The notes beneath the pieces are model-generated. The model made no database searches, had not been told where the DNA came from, and was given only the letters and a program-made list of their open reading frames with translations. From positions 959-64,958 of the forward strand of contig JAGLOF010000016.1 in assembly GCA_023139105.1 (NCBI GenBank): DNA of 64,000 nucleotides, written 5' to 3'. A program made the translations under genes and the position numbers. Of the stretch, positions 63,792 to 64,000 are shown piece after piece (position 1 is the first letter of the stretch; each line of letters starts with the position of its first letter). The stretch is from a bacterium. Its GTDB lineage: Bacteria > Zhuqueibacterota > QNDG01 > JAGLOF01.

Positions 63792-64000
63792 ATGAGGATT
63801 ATTATGAATTGGGATCTATTAATTCAAAAGGCTATAGAAGTGCGGGAGAACGCCTATGCCCCATATTCTAAATTTAAAGTAGGTGCCGCTCTCTTGACAG
63901 ATGACAATTCTATTATAACCGGCTGTAATGTGGAAAATGTCTCCTATGGCCTTACCACCTGTGCTGAACGTAATGCCGTTTATAAGGCAATGTCCAACGG
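63792..64000 (+). CDS. cdd: cytidine deaminase, N-terminal part (runs off the right edge)
   Basis: AYAPYSKFKVGAALL...G.NVEN.SYGLT.CAERNA (CAE zinc motif). Start at 63792 or 63804. Confidence 0.85.
   Translation, partial: MRIIMNWDLLIQKAIEVRENAYAPYSKFKVGAALLTDDNSIITGCNVENVSYGLTTCAERNAVYKAMSN

Noticed and set aside
1-64000. tRNA, rRNA, tmRNA or RNase P genes in the larger spacers (1622-1905, 17317-17982, 37743-38319, 44703-45790, 51464-52288)
   Set aside because: Reading by eye found no cloverleaf-compatible segments or GTTCGA-type T-arm motifs. These spacers are accounted for by the repeat modules. This is not a substitute for a tRNAscan or Rfam run.

Overview
A low-GC chromosomal segment of a diderm bacterium. 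Fused lpxC-fabZ, a UpxY-type NusG paralog and a T9SS-type C-terminal sorting domain suggest an FCB-type lineage (inference only). Genes left of ~33.2 kb run on the - strand and genes to the right run on the + strand.

Content by region:
- (i) 0-4.9 kb: a toxin-antitoxin island, about half decayed. It holds a RelE-like toxin with a broken antitoxin, a four-helix-bundle fragment, a PIN-like stub with a small partner ORF, an MqsA-like/DUF4258 pair, an orphan hicB, and three tandem MNT/HEPN modules.
- (ii) 5.1-13 kb: a polysaccharide locus with WbpD/WbpB/WbpE-like genes, upxY, wecB and a Wzc-type tyrosine kinase.
- (iii) 13-33 kb: an envelope and housekeeping block (lolA, ftsK, gcvT, rseP, dxr, lplA-like, lpxA, lpxC-fabZ, lpxD, skp x2, bamA, tamB-like, uppS).
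- (iv) 33-41 kb: moxR, terB-like, pyk, a secreted M28 peptidase, DUF58 and an orphan histidine kinase.
- (v) 40.9-44.7 kb: preQ1 genes queD-queE-queC-queF-folE2 plus a membrane protein.
- (vi) 45.8-51.5 kb: a GC-richer TetR / OM protein / MacB-type ABC / LolA-like module.
- (vii) 52.3-64 kb: housekeeping (bioY, M23 peptidase, holB, PSP1, metG, tatD, rsmA, mgtE, recO, glyQS, ssb, cdd).

I found no rRNA, tRNA or CRISPR array.

The most unusual signals are non-coding:
- Seven strictly 7-bp-periodic tandem arrays sit at gene boundaries, all with the same strand polarity. Three like-unit pairs each bracket a discrete gene cassette.
- A family of CACGGAT-type modules (9-11 nt rhythm) forms long inverted repeats inside the sugar operon.
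- ~235-bp direct repeats flank the ABC island. One copy carries a 169-bp MITE-like insertion and the other is an empty site.

I did not recognise a new protein-based system. All functional readings of the repeats are hypotheses.
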